From NCBI GenBank assembly GCA_020832005.1, contig JAFIFN010000002.1, positions 13,600 through 77,599 of the forward strand: a DNA stretch of 64,000 nucleotides, read 5' to 3'. The first letter of the stretch is position 1; each line of letters starts with the position of its first letter. Origin of the DNA: Gammaproteobacteria bacterium. Its GTDB lineage: Bacteria > Pseudomonadota > Gammaproteobacteria > Steroidobacterales > PWYM01. This document shows, one piece after another, positions 17,073-26,126 of the stretch. Both the position numbers and the translations under genes were made by a program. Below the pieces are notes generated by a model. That model saw nothing but the letters and a program-made list of their open reading frames with translations, had not been told where the DNA came from and did not search any database.

Positions 17073-19370
17073 ATGACCGATTCCCACCAGCAGGCCTCCC
17101 GCGAGGCGGCCCTGAACTACCACGAGCTGCCGAAGCCCGGTAAACTCGAAGTGCGGGCGACCAAGCCGCTGGCCAATGGCCATGACCTGGCACGCGCCTA
17201 CTCTCCCGGTGTCGCCGAGGCCTGTCACGAGATCGTCCGCAACCCCGCCGATGCCGCCCGCTACACCAGCCGCGCCAATCTCGTGGCCGTGGTAACCAAC
17301 GGCACGGCCGTGCTGGGCCTGGGCAATATCGGGCCACTGGCCGCCAAGCCCGTGATGGAGGGCAAGGCGGTGCTGTTCAAGAAGTTCGCCAACATCGACT
17401 GCTTCGACCTGGAGATCAACGAACCCGACCCGCAGCGTCTCGCCGAGCTCGTGTGTGCGCTCGAACCCTCCTTCGGCGCCATCAACCTGGAAGACATCAA
17501 GGCGCCGGACTGTTTCATTGTCGAGCGCATCTGCCGCGAGCGCATGAACATCCCGGTGTTCCATGATGACCAGCACGGCACGGCGATCGTGGTGGCCGCA
17601 GCGCTGCGCAATGCCCTGCAGGTCACCGGCCAGCGCTTCGACGAGATCAAGGTCGTCTCCACCGGCGGCGGTGCGGCCGGTATCGCCTGCCTGAACATGC
17701 TCATGAAGGTGGGCGTGCGCCGCGAGAATATCTGGCTGTGCGATATCCACGGCCTCGTCTACGAAGGTCGCGAACAGGACATGACGGCTGAGAAGGCGGC
17801 CTTCGCCCAGGCCACCGAGCTTCGCACGCTCGATGACGTCATCGAGGGTGCCCACCTGTTCCTCGGGCTCTCCGGCCCCGGCGCGCTCAAGCCCGAACAC
17901 GTCGCGCGCATGGCGCCACGTCCGATGGTCTTCGCGCTGGCCAACCCGGCACCTGAGATCCTGCCCGACGAGGTGCGCAAGGTCGCACCCGACGCGGTGG
18001 TCGCCACCGGGCGCTCGGATTATCCCAACCAGGTCAACAACGTCCTGTGTTTTCCGTTCATCTTCCGCGGCGCACTCGATGTGGGCGCCACCGAGATCAA
18101 CGACGCCATGCAGCTGGCCTGCGTCGAGGCACTGGCCGCCCTGGCGCGCGCTACCACGTCGGCCGAAGCCGCTGCGGCCTACCAGAACGAATCGCTACTG
18201 TTCGGCCCCGACTCGCTGATTCCCAAGCCGTTCGATCCGCGACTGATGGGCGTGATCGCTCCCGCGGTGGCAGGCGCTGCGATGGCCTCCGGCGTGGCCA
18301 CACGCCCGATCGATGATCTGGCGGCCTACAAGGAACACCTCGACGCCTCGGTGTTCCGTTCGGCGATGATCATGCGCCCGGTCTTCGAACTGGCGCGCAA
18401 GCACACGCGGCGCATTGTGTTCGCCGAGGGCGAGGACGAACGCGTACTGCGCACCGCCCACGCCATGCTCGAGGAAAGCGCGCTGGTGCCCATCCTGATC
18501 GGCCGCCCGGAAGTCGTCGAGATGCGCTGCGAACGTGCCGGCCTGCCGATCCGTGCAGGGCGTGACTTCGAACTGGTGAATCCAGAGAGCGATTCACGCT
18601 ATCGCCAGTACTGGATGGCCTATCACGAGATCATGCAACGCCGCGGTGTCACACCGGATGTGGCCAAGAACGTCCTGCGCACCAGCACCACCGCGATCGG
18701 CGCGGTGATGGTGCAGCAGGGCGACGCGGACAGCCTGATCTGCGGCACCTACGGGCAGTACCTTTGGCACCTGAAGTACGTCAGGCGCATCCTCGCCGGT
18801 GACGGCTGCACGCCGGTCGGCGCGCTCAGCCTGATGATCCTCGAGGACGGCCCGCTGTTCATCGGCGACACCCAGGTCAACCCCGAACCCTCGCCCGCGC
18901 AGATCGCCGCATGCGTGATGCGTGCGGCACAGAACGTGCGCCGGTTCGGTCTTGCTCCGCAGGTGGCCCTGTGTTCCCACTCGCAGTTCGGCAACCTCGA
19001 AACCTCGAGTGGTCTGCGCATGCGCGCAGCACTTGCCATCCTCGATGAGATGAAGCCGGATTTCGCCTACGAGGGTGAGATGTCGGTGGATCTTGCGCTC
19101 GATCCGAGCTTGCGCGAGCGCACCTTCCCTAATTCGCGCATTGAAGGCCCTGCCAACGTCCTGATCTTCGCGTTCACGGACGCGGCCAACGGCGTGCGCA
19201 ATGTCCTGAAGATGCGCGCCAGCGGACTGGAGGTCGGCCCCATGCTGCTGGGCATGCGCAATCGCGCCCACATCGTCACGCCCTCGGTCACGGCGCGCGG
19301 CCTGCTGAATACCACGATGCTGGCGGGCACGCCGGTGGGGGGGAATGGGAAGGGCGAGCTGCCGTTGTGA
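17073..19370 (+). CDS. maeB: NADP-dependent malic enzyme with C-terminal phosphotransacetylase-like domain
   Basis: ORF 17073..19370, 765 aa. [57 protein letters not shown] and [11 protein letters not shown], plus a roughly 330-aa PTA-like tail. Confidence 0.95.
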   Translation: MTDSHQQASREAALNYHELPKPGKLEVRATKPLANGHDLARAYSPGVAEACHEIVRNPADAARYTSRANLVAVVTNGTAVLGLGNIGPLAAKPVMEGKAVLFKKFANIDCFDLEINEPDPQRLAELVCALEPSFGAINLEDIKAPDCFIVERICRERMNIPVFHDDQHGTAIVVAAALRNALQVTGQRFDEIKVVSTGGGAAGIACLNMLMKVGVRRENIWLCDIHGLVYEGREQDMTAEKAAFAQATELRTLDDVIEGAHLFLGLSGPGALKPEHVARMAPRPMVFALANPAPEILPDEVRKVAPDAVVATGRSDYPNQVNNVLCFPFIFRGALDVGATEINDAMQLACVEALAALARATTSAEAAAAYQNESLLFGPDSLIPKPFDPRLMGVIAPAVAGAAMASGVATRPIDDLAAYKEHLDASVFRSAMIMRPVFELARKHTRRIVFAEGEDERVLRTAHAMLEESALVPILIGRPEVVEMRCERAGLPIRAGRDFELVNPESDSRYRQYWMAYHEIMQRRGVTPDVAKNVLRTSTTAIGAVMVQQGDADSLICGTYGQYLWHLKYVRRILAGDGCTPVGALSLMILEDGPLFIGDTQVNPEPSPAQIAACVMRAAQNVRRFGLAPQVALCSHSQFGNLETSSGLRMRAALAILDEMKPDFAYEGEMSVDLALDPSLRERTFPNSRIEGPANVLIFAFTDAANGVRNVLKMRASGLEVGPMLLGMRNRAHIVTPSVTARGLLNTTMLAGTPVGGNGKGELPL

Positions 19371-19425
19371 GTCGGTGAGTTGCGAGGGGCGCTATCGCAT
19401 ACCTGACAGCCGGGTTGGCCAATGT

Positions 19426-20448
19426 CTACAAGCTCGCTGGATCATATTCGATCAGCGTGAAACTCGTGCCCGGGTTTGCATGCACGTAGACCTGGCATGG
19501 TCCCCAGGCTTCCGGCAGGTGCCAGGCAGCCCCTTCGGCGTACTCGATGCTCTCGGCACGTCGCTCGCAGCGGAAATCAAGCCGCGAAACAATGCCGGTC
19601 AGATCGCGCAGCTCGACGCTGCGCCGCGAAAGCCCATGTGACCAAGGCTGTGTCGAGTGGACGTTGCCGCGGACTTGTATGAAGGGGGCGTCTGTCAACA
19701 TGATCTGAAGTTCGTCGACAGCAGGGCGCAGTCGTGCGGAGACATCGCCGGCCTCATCATGCTCCACGATCCGCTCATAGACTCGCAGCGCGGCGGCGGG
19801 ATTACCTCCGCGGGCATGGTCGACGAATTGCAGCTGCAATGCATTGAGGAAGATATCGGGGGGCAGAAAAACGCCCTCGTAGGCGATTGCCCGCCTGAGG
19901 CTCACACGGGCCGATTCGGTATCGCCAAGGCGCGTTTCGTAGTTCGCCTTCGCCCACCAGTACCACGCATCTTCATACAGGTTCAGGCGCGGTCGATTCT
20001 GCATTCGGTTGAGTTCCCGACCAGCCTGCTCGTGATTGCCGCGCTCGAGGTGGTTCTGCAGGCGACGGAAGCTCTGTGCAAATCTCGGGCTGGCCGCCTG
20101 CTCACTTTCCTCCAACTGGAAGGTGATCTTGAACCGGCTTTCGGAGTGCTCGATGGCCACACCATCGAGTTGGGCCGGTTCGTAGCGGAACCGCTTTACG
20201 GCCGCTTTGGCTGCGCGCTCGAACAGGGGACTGCCCGTGGAATCTGCAACGAACACGTCGCGGACATCTCCGTCGACGGTGATGACATAGCTGAGTACGA
20301 CCCAGCCTTCCTGCCCCGATAGTTGAGCGACTCGAGGGTATTCGGGCGGCTGGCTGTTGATCAGCCGTGCAGGCCGGAAATCGTCGCTGACTGCCTTCGC
20401 GGGTAACCAGGCTGCGAAGATCAAGGCGACAACGATCATTTCGCGCAT
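19426..20448 (-). CDS. TonB C-terminal domain protein with long uncharacterised C-terminal extension
   Basis: ORF 19426..20586 trimmed to the ATG at 20448 (MREMIVVALIFAAWLPAKA signal). PEYPRVAQLSGQEGWVVLSYVITVDGDVRDVFVADSTGSPLFERAAKAAVKRFRYEPA is a TonB_C fold. It is followed by about 220 aa that are helical/TPR-like and then a beta-rich tail. Confidence 0.7.
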   Translation of the reverse strand: MREMIVVALIFAAWLPAKAVSDDFRPARLINSQPPEYPRVAQLSGQEGWVVLSYVITVDGDVRDVFVADSTGSPLFERAAKAAVKRFRYEPAQLDGVAIEHSESRFKITFQLEESEQAASPRFAQSFRRLQNHLERGNHEQAGRELNRMQNRPRLNLYEDAWYWWAKANYETRLGDTESARVSLRRAIAYEGVFLPPDIFLNALQLQFVDHARGGNPAAALRVYERIVEHDEAGDVSARLRPAVDELQIMLTDAPFIQVRGNVHSTQPWSHGLSRRSVELRDLTGIVSRLDFRCERRAESIEYAEGAAWHLPEAWGPCQVYVHANPGTSFTLIEYDPASL

Positions 20449-20937
20449 TGGTCGACCCCATTCTTGAAAGGCAAGCACGCGGTAGTCTGATTTTGTGGAA
20501 TTGGAGTGGCCGGCACAAGGTCCAGCTGAGCGTGCAACCGAAGGCGCTGATGCACCGTGCTCGGAACCGACCCCTGGTCCGGACATTAATTTCTCTGAGT
20601 CGTTGCCATGTCGAGCTCAGGGAGGCTTGCTCGACCAGGAACCGCTGGCATGCGCTCGCTTTTGTGAACCTACCGGTAGATTCGGGCGTAATCCCGGTCC
20701 ACTGTGTTGTGTCCTTTAAACCATATGGATTCTCGAGGCAACGGCGTTGCCAAAATTCCTGGCGAACGCACCGAAGCGGCTTCAAGAGCCCGAGGTGAAG
20801 TTGGCAAGCTTCTTCCTTGAGCGCTTCATACGCAACACTGAACGAGAGGCGGATACCTTCAAACGGTGATCCAAGCCGAGCTTGATCAGGCGAATCGTTT
20901 TCTACTAAGGTTTGCGCCTCAGCAAGAGGGTCCGCCC

Positions 20938-21531
20938 ATGCGCACCAACTACGTACTCGTCGACTACGAGAGCATCCAGCCTGCAACAATGGCTGTCGTC
21001 GATCGCGAGCACTTCAAGACACTTGTGTTTATCGGCGCCAACCAGACCAAAGTGCCAACCGAGTTTGCGGACGCGCTGCAGCGGATGGGCCCTCGTGCCG
21101 AGTACGTCCGGATCTCCGGAAACGGACCGAATGCGCTCGACTTTCACATTGCGTTCTACATTGGCCAGCTCGCCGCCGCCGACCCCAAAGCCTACTTCCA
21201 CATCGTTTCGAACGATACCGGCTTCGATCCTCTGCTCCGACATCTTAAGGCCCGGAAAGTCCTTGCCGATCGGGTGAAGTCCATTGAGGAAATCCCGCTA
21301 GTCAAGACCAACGGTGCCACGAGCAAGGAAGCGAAACTGGCGTGCATCATCACGCGACTTCAGCAGATGAAGACAGCCAAACCGCGGACGGTGAAGACCT
21401 TGGGAACCACGATCTCGGCGTTGTTTCAGAAGCAGATCGATGACAAAGAGATCGAATCGCTGATTAAGGCGCTGGAGAAACGCGCGGAGATTTCGATCGA
21501 AGATAACAAAGTCTCGTACTCCCTGCCCTGA
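20938..21531 (+). CDS. PIN-like (NYN/LabA-like) domain protein with helical C-terminal domain
   Basis: ORF 20866..21531 trimmed to the ATG at 20938. NYVLVDYESIQP..LVFIGANQTK..ISGNGPNALDFHIAFYIGQL..FHIVSNDTGFDPLLRHL resembles NYN/LabA-type PIN-like nucleases. It lies in an AT-richer stretch. The family call is from memory only. Confidence 0.55.
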   Translation: MRTNYVLVDYESIQPATMAVVDREHFKTLVFIGANQTKVPTEFADALQRMGPRAEYVRISGNGPNALDFHIAFYIGQLAAADPKAYFHIVSNDTGFDPLLRHLKARKVLADRVKSIEEIPLVKTNGATSKEAKLACIITRLQQMKTAKPRTVKTLGTTISALFQKQIDDKEIESLIKALEKRAEISIEDNKVSYSLP

Positions 21532-21568
21532 ACTTTCAGCCTGCGCCTCATGCCCCTTGGAGGTCCTT

Positions 21569-21988
21569 TCAGCCGGACCGCCCGATGCTTACAAGGTCCA
21601 GTCCTGGAATGTCGGCAAAGTCTTCGGTGTTGCGCGTGACCAGGCCCAAGCCGTGCTGGATCGCCTGGCTGGCCAGCCACAGATCCTGAACCCGGGTGCG
21701 GTGAGCGCGGACACCGGCCTTGGCCAGCAGCCCCGCGACCTCTCCGAACACGTCGGCGGTATCGGCATCGATCGGCAGCAAGGGTTTGCGGGTCATTCGT
21801 CGATAGGTGGCCAAGCGCTTCTGGCGCGCACCGGGGTCAACGGTCATCTCGACCCCCATGCGCAACTCCGCCAATGTCACAGGGGACAGATACACGGGAT
21901 CATCGCCCGTGCGCGCGGACACGTCGGCCGGACCGAGTCTGCCCTGTTCGACGTCGATCCAGATGCAGGTATCGATCAGGAAGCCCAC
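21569..21988 (-). CDS. vapC: PIN domain ribonuclease toxin (VapC)
   Basis: ORF 21569..21988. MGFLIDTCIWIDVEQG..YLSPVTLAELRMGV..DLWLASQAIQHGLGLVTRNTEDF is a classic VapC layout. Confidence 0.85.
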   Translation of the reverse strand: MGFLIDTCIWIDVEQGRLGPADVSARTGDDPVYLSPVTLAELRMGVEMTVDPGARQKRLATYRRMTRKPLLPIDADTADVFGEVAGLLAKAGVRAHRTRVQDLWLASQAIQHGLGLVTRNTEDFADIPGLDLVSIGRSG

Positions 21989-22242
21989 GGATCACGCAGT
22001 TCGTCGTCAAGAAGATCGCCACCTCGGCGGGCGTCTTCCAGCCAACCTTCCGCGGCCTCAGCGGGCAGAGTGCGATACAGATCGGCCAGCGCCTGCTCGG
22101 CGTTCTGCTGGCCAGGTGTGGGCGAGACCTGTGCGACCGAGCGGCCGCCGCGCTCGACGATGTAGGCCTCGCCCGATTCCCGGACCCGATCGAGCACCGC
22201 GCGAAGATTGCGGGCGAGTTCGGTGGAGGTGATCTTCTGCAT
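21976..22242 (-). CDS. Phd/YefM-type antitoxin
   Basis: ORF 21976..22350 trimmed to the ATG at 22242. MQKITSTELARNLRAVLDRVRESGEAYIVERGGRSVAQVSP is the Phd/YefM N-terminal fold. It overlaps vapC by 13 nt. Confidence 0.8.
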   Translation of the reverse strand: MQKITSTELARNLRAVLDRVRESGEAYIVERGGRSVAQVSPTPGQQNAEQALADLYRTLPAEAAEGWLEDARRGGDLLDDELRDPWAS

Positions 22243-22375
22243 AGTAATCCAGAATATATGATAGTACCTGATTCTATGTAACTCACGAGATAAGCGCAAT
22301 TGCCAGAAAACCGACCGAACCGAGGCGATCACGCTCGGAAGCGCGAGCATCCGTTGTTGCTCTCTCCATGAGTCT

Positions 22376-22402
22376 ATTGTAGATTGTCGACAATCGACAA
22401 TC
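22376..22402. promoter_or_regulatory. candidate GntR/FadR-type operator upstream of the TonB-dependent receptor operon
   Basis: ATTGTAGATTGTCGACAATCGACAATC. The perfect 12-nt palindrome ATTGTCGACAAT sits at 22383-22394 and ends 45 nt before the ATG at 22440. The same palindrome recurs at 30515-30526. Confidence 0.6.
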
Positions 22403-22439
22403 TAAGTGAACTCATAATTCACGCTGGGGGAGGCGCATT

Positions 22440-24731
22440 ATGATCTGGCACCGGTACGTGCTGTTCCTGTCGCTGTTGTCCGTTTCCATCCCGATGGCTT
22501 CGTTGGCCGCCCCGGCAACTGCCAGCGAATCCCGGGCGCCGGTGCTGGAAGAAATCATCATTACCGCGCGGCGCTACCAGGAAAGCCTGCAGAACGTGCC
22601 GATTTCCGTGGCGGTCATGAACGATGACTACCTGACTACGCAGAACATCAGCCAGGTCAAGGACATCATCGACAAGTCTCCGGGAACCGGTTTCACGCGC
22701 TTCAACAAGTTGCAGAACGTCTACAGCATGCGCGGCTTGAATTCCCAGACCACGGGCTCGGCCGGCGATCCCTCGGTGCTGACCGTGGTGGATGACGTCG
22801 TCTATGTGAAGGACTACATGAAGTCGGTCGAGTTCTTCGACGTCGAACGCGTGGAGATCCTGCGTGGTCCGCAGGGCACGTCCTTCGGTCGCAACGCCAC
22901 CGGAGGTCTCGTTCACATCATCAGTAAACGCCCCACCCAGGAGCGCGAGGGCTATGTCTCCGCCACCGCAGGGAACTACGGGCACTGGGCGGTCAACGGT
23001 GCAGTCAACGGACCATTGGGCGATACCTCTGCCGGCAGGCTTGCGATTCATTACACGACCCATGATGGCTATACGCGCGATGTCATCCGCAACCGCAATC
23101 TTGCCGGCGAAGAGAACATCAGCCTGCGCGGTTCATTGCTGTTCACGCCGAGCGACGACCTGGAGGTCTACCTCAAGGCGGAGTTCAGCAGGGACGATGA
23201 CGAGTCGGCCGTCCGGCAGCCGCGCGACTGCGTGAATCCTCAGGAGAACTTCACGAACTTCATTGATCCCTGCAGCCCTTGGGAAACGGCCATATCGGAG
23301 ACCACTGGAGCGGGCGAGCCGTTCTACCTCAAGCGCGAGATCCTGAACCTTACGGCGCATGTTGCCTGGGATGTTGGCCAATCCGCGCGACTGACGTCGG
23401 TGAGCGCCTTTCTGGATGGCGAGGGCAACTACAACATGGATTCGGGCGGCACGCCGCGCGATCTCAATTTCAGCCTGACGCGTAATAACTCATCCCAGTT
23501 CAGCCAGGAAATCAGGCTCGACAACCACAACAGTGCGAACCCATTGCGATGGCTTACAGGTGTGTATTACCTCGATGACAAGCATGACCAGTCGGAAGGT
23601 CGTGAATGGTTCCAGGAGGACCTGAGCATCTACGGCCCGGGACCACCGTTTTCGCCGACCTCCGTGGTCGCCGTCTCCACGAACAAGACCACGAGCCTTG
23701 GACTCTTCGGAGAGCTGAGCTTCGACCTCACTGATCGACTGACCACCACGGCAGGTCTGCGCTACAGTCGAGACAAGAAGAATTTCGTCATCAACCATAA
23801 TGGCAGCGGCTTTCGCGGGCCGGTGACGAACTTTCTGGCGAACATTCCTGCCAACGGCGGCCCCTGCCCGCCCGGCCCGCTGTGCACGCTGGGATTCGAC
23901 GACGTGGCCACCTCCAACAGCTGGGATCACCTGAGCTTCCTGGCGTCGCTGGCCTTCGCGGCAAGCGACGATGTGATGCTCTACGCCACCGTCTCGGAGG
24001 CTTACAAGACCGGCGGCTACAACGGCGAGCCGCAGACGCCCGATGACGCAGTCATTCCCTACAACGAGGAGACTGCACTGAATTTCGAGCTCGGCATGAA
24101 GTCCCAGTGGTTCGACCGGCTGCGGTTGAATATCAGCGCCTTCTATGTGAAGTATGACGATCAACAAGTCAACGTGTTTCGTCAAGGTACCGGTGGCTTC
24201 ATAACCCAGGTCATCGACAACGCTGCCAAGAGCGATGTTCTGGGTATTGAGGTCGACTATGCTTGGCAGATCACCGAGCTGTTCCGAATCAGTGGCACGT
24301 TTGCCCACCTTGAGGCGGAGTTCAAGAATACCGAGCTGCAAACCGGACCAGGACCTGACAACGTGACCGACATCAGCGGCAACCGCCCGAACAATGTTCC
24401 GACCTGGACCGCGACACTCGTTGGCGAACTGGAGCTGCCGCTTCGTGACGGTGCCTATTTCTCGCTGCGTGCGGACTGGCGGGGCCGAAGCGCGGTTTTC
24501 AACGATATTGTCAACAACGTCGAGTTCCGACGCCCAGGCACCAACATCATTGGCGCACGCGCGATGTGGGCCTCAGCCGATGAGCGCTGGAACGTGGCGC
24601 TCTGGGGGCGGAATCTTGGCAACAAGGTGGACGTACTGAACATCGGACCGCGCCCGGGCTTTCTCAACGACAATCCAGCCGGCTTCGGTCCGCCACGCAC
24701 CTACGGCGGCACTGTGACACATCGTTTCTAG
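22440..24731 (+). CDS. TonB-dependent receptor
   Basis: ORF 22440..24731, 763 aa. It has a signal peptide, the plug motif LEEIIITARRYQESLQNVPISVAV, VERVEILRGPQGTSFGRNATGG, and the C-terminal PRTYGGTVTHRF ending in Phe. Confidence 0.9.
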   Translation: MIWHRYVLFLSLLSVSIPMASLAAPATASESRAPVLEEIIITARRYQESLQNVPISVAVMNDDYLTTQNISQVKDIIDKSPGTGFTRFNKLQNVYSMRGLNSQTTGSAGDPSVLTVVDDVVYVKDYMKSVEFFDVERVEILRGPQGTSFGRNATGGLVHIISKRPTQEREGYVSATAGNYGHWAVNGAVNGPLGDTSAGRLAIHYTTHDGYTRDVIRNRNLAGEENISLRGSLLFTPSDDLEVYLKAEFSRDDDESAVRQPRDCVNPQENFTNFIDPCSPWETAISETTGAGEPFYLKREILNLTAHVAWDVGQSARLTSVSAFLDGEGNYNMDSGGTPRDLNFSLTRNNSSQFSQEIRLDNHNSANPLRWLTGVYYLDDKHDQSEGREWFQEDLSIYGPGPPFSPTSVVAVSTNKTTSLGLFGELSFDLTDRLTTTAGLRYSRDKKNFVINHNGSGFRGPVTNFLANIPANGGPCPPGPLCTLGFDDVATSNSWDHLSFLASLAFAASDDVMLYATVSEAYKTGGYNGEPQTPDDAVIPYNEETALNFELGMKSQWFDRLRLNISAFYVKYDDQQVNVFRQGTGGFITQVIDNAAKSDVLGIEVDYAWQITELFRISGTFAHLEAEFKNTELQTGPGPDNVTDISGNRPNNVPTWTATLVGELELPLRDGAYFSLRADWRGRSAVFNDIVNNVEFRRPGTNIIGARAMWASADERWNVALWGRNLGNKVDVLNIGPRPGFLNDNPAGFGPPRTYGGTVTHRF

Positions 24732-24764
24732 TCCGTATCACGGCTCCGGGGGGGCTGGGTTCCT

Positions 24765-26126
24765 ATGGCACATCAGGACATTAACGTCGCCGGGGTGCTG
24801 GAAGAGGCACCAATGGGTCCGGTGCAGTACGGGGTCATCGCGATGTGTTTCGCGCTGATCATGGTCGATGGCTTCGACACGCAGAACGTCGCCTTCGTGG
24901 CGCCGGCACTGCGTGACGCATGGGACGTGTCTCCGAGCACTTTCGGCCTTCTGTTCAGCGCCGGTCTGACCGGCAGCATGCTCGGGGCGATGTTGCTGGG
25001 AGTGCTCGGTGACCGACTGGGTCGCCGACCACTGATCCTGGGCTCAACGATCGTCTTCAGTGTGATGTCCTTGTTGAGCGCGACCGCGCCCAACGTGGAG
25101 ACGCTGGCGATCTATCGTTTCATCGGCGGTCTTGGGCTCGGCGGCCTGCTGCCGAACGCCATCGCGCTCGTCGCGGAGTACTCACCCAGGCGCGTGCGCT
25201 CCACGATGGTGGTCTCGGCTTTCATTGGCTTTCCGCTGGGCGCGGTGCTAGGAGGCATGGCCAGCGCCCGCATCATTCCGGCATTCGGCTGGGAGATGGT
25301 GTTCATCGCAGGTGGGGTCATCCCGTTGCTGCTGCTGGTGGTCGTCTGGTGGCAACTGCCCGAGTCGCTGCGCTTCCTTGCCATGAAGCGCGCGCAGCCG
25401 GAGAAGATCCTGCGGACGCTGGTACGCATCCAGCCTGATCTGGCTGATCGCACGATTGCCAGCATCCGTGCCCCGGAGGTCGCGACCGTCCAGCAGCCCC
25501 TGCGGACGCTGTTTCGCGATGGTCGCGGTGGATGGACTGTTTATCTGTGGCTGCTGACGTTCTGCTCGCTGCTGTTGACTTACTTTCTCGTACACTGGAT
25601 TCCGCTTGTCCTGGTGGACGCCGGCATCGCCCAACAAAGCGCGATCATGGGTGTCGCACTACTCAATCTCGGCGGCATCATTGGCAGCCTGATCATCGGC
25701 CGCTGGAGCGACAAGCGCGGGCCTTACCTGGCCATGGGGCTCGCTCTGGTGCTGGCAATCGGGTTCATCTCGATGATCGGCTTCAGCGTACAGGCGGGTG
25801 TCGCGGTCCTGCTGAGCGTGATCTTCTTCGCCGGTCTGACCTTCGTTGGCGCGCAGCTGAATATCAGTGCGCTTGCCGCCACGAATTATCCGGTAGAGAT
25901 TCGCAGCGCCGGCACCGGGGCGAGCATCGCCGCAGGACGCGTCGGCTCGATCGTCGGCCCCCTGGTCGGTGGCATACTCATCAGCCGGCACGTGGAAACC
26001 GAGGCCATTTTCCTGGTGGCGATCATCCCCGCAGCAATCGCGCTTGCCGCAATCGTGGCTATGGCCAGAATCAAGCGCAAGGCGGGCGCCGAGATCAGCC
26101 CCGCAGTCACACGCCCGACGGCATGA
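24765..26126 (+). CDS. MFS transporter, aromatic acid:H+ symporter (AAHS)-like
   Basis: ORF 24765..26126. 12-TM layout. MVDGFDTQNVAFVAPAL and GDRLGRRPLIL (MFS motif A) resemble PcaK/BenK-type transporters. Confidence 0.9.
   Translation: MAHQDINVAGVLEEAPMGPVQYGVIAMCFALIMVDGFDTQNVAFVAPALRDAWDVSPSTFGLLFSAGLTGSMLGAMLLGVLGDRLGRRPLILGSTIVFSVMSLLSATAPNVETLAIYRFIGGLGLGGLLPNAIALVAEYSPRRVRSTMVVSAFIGFPLGAVLGGMASARIIPAFGWEMVFIAGGVIPLLLLVVVWWQLPESLRFLAMKRAQPEKILRTLVRIQPDLADRTIASIRAPEVATVQQPLRTLFRDGRGGWTVYLWLLTFCSLLLTYFLVHWIPLVLVDAGIAQQSAIMGVALLNLGGIIGSLIIGRWSDKRGPYLAMGLALVLAIGFISMIGFSVQAGVAVLLSVIFFAGLTFVGAQLNISALAATNYPVEIRSAGTGASIAAGRVGSIVGPLVGGILISRHVETEAIFLVAIIPAAIALAAIVAMARIKRKAGAEISPAVTRPTA

Noticed and set aside
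16662-17900. 412-aa ORF on the minus strand, opposite maeB.
   Set aside because: It lies entirely antisense to the strongly supported malic-enzyme gene. Its composition is Gly/Ala/Asp/His/Leu-rich and typical of the mirror frame of a GC-rich gene. Such antisense ORFs are a known source of spurious dehydrogenase annotations.
20102-20989. 295-aa minus-strand ORF spanning the 490-bp gap and part of the TonB_C gene.
   Set aside because: It overlaps two better-supported genes at both ends and has no internal start. It is Arg/Cys/Ser-rich. At most, its middle might be a remnant of a decayed gene; this is noted under the islet finding.
25532-26122. N-terminal 197 codons of the 782-aa ORF that ends as the sulfatase.
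   Set aside because: This part overlaps the MFS gene in another frame and is Arg/Pro/Gly-rich. The sulfatase signal peptide and lipobox start at 26123/26153, and the ATG at 26123 overlaps the MFS stop.
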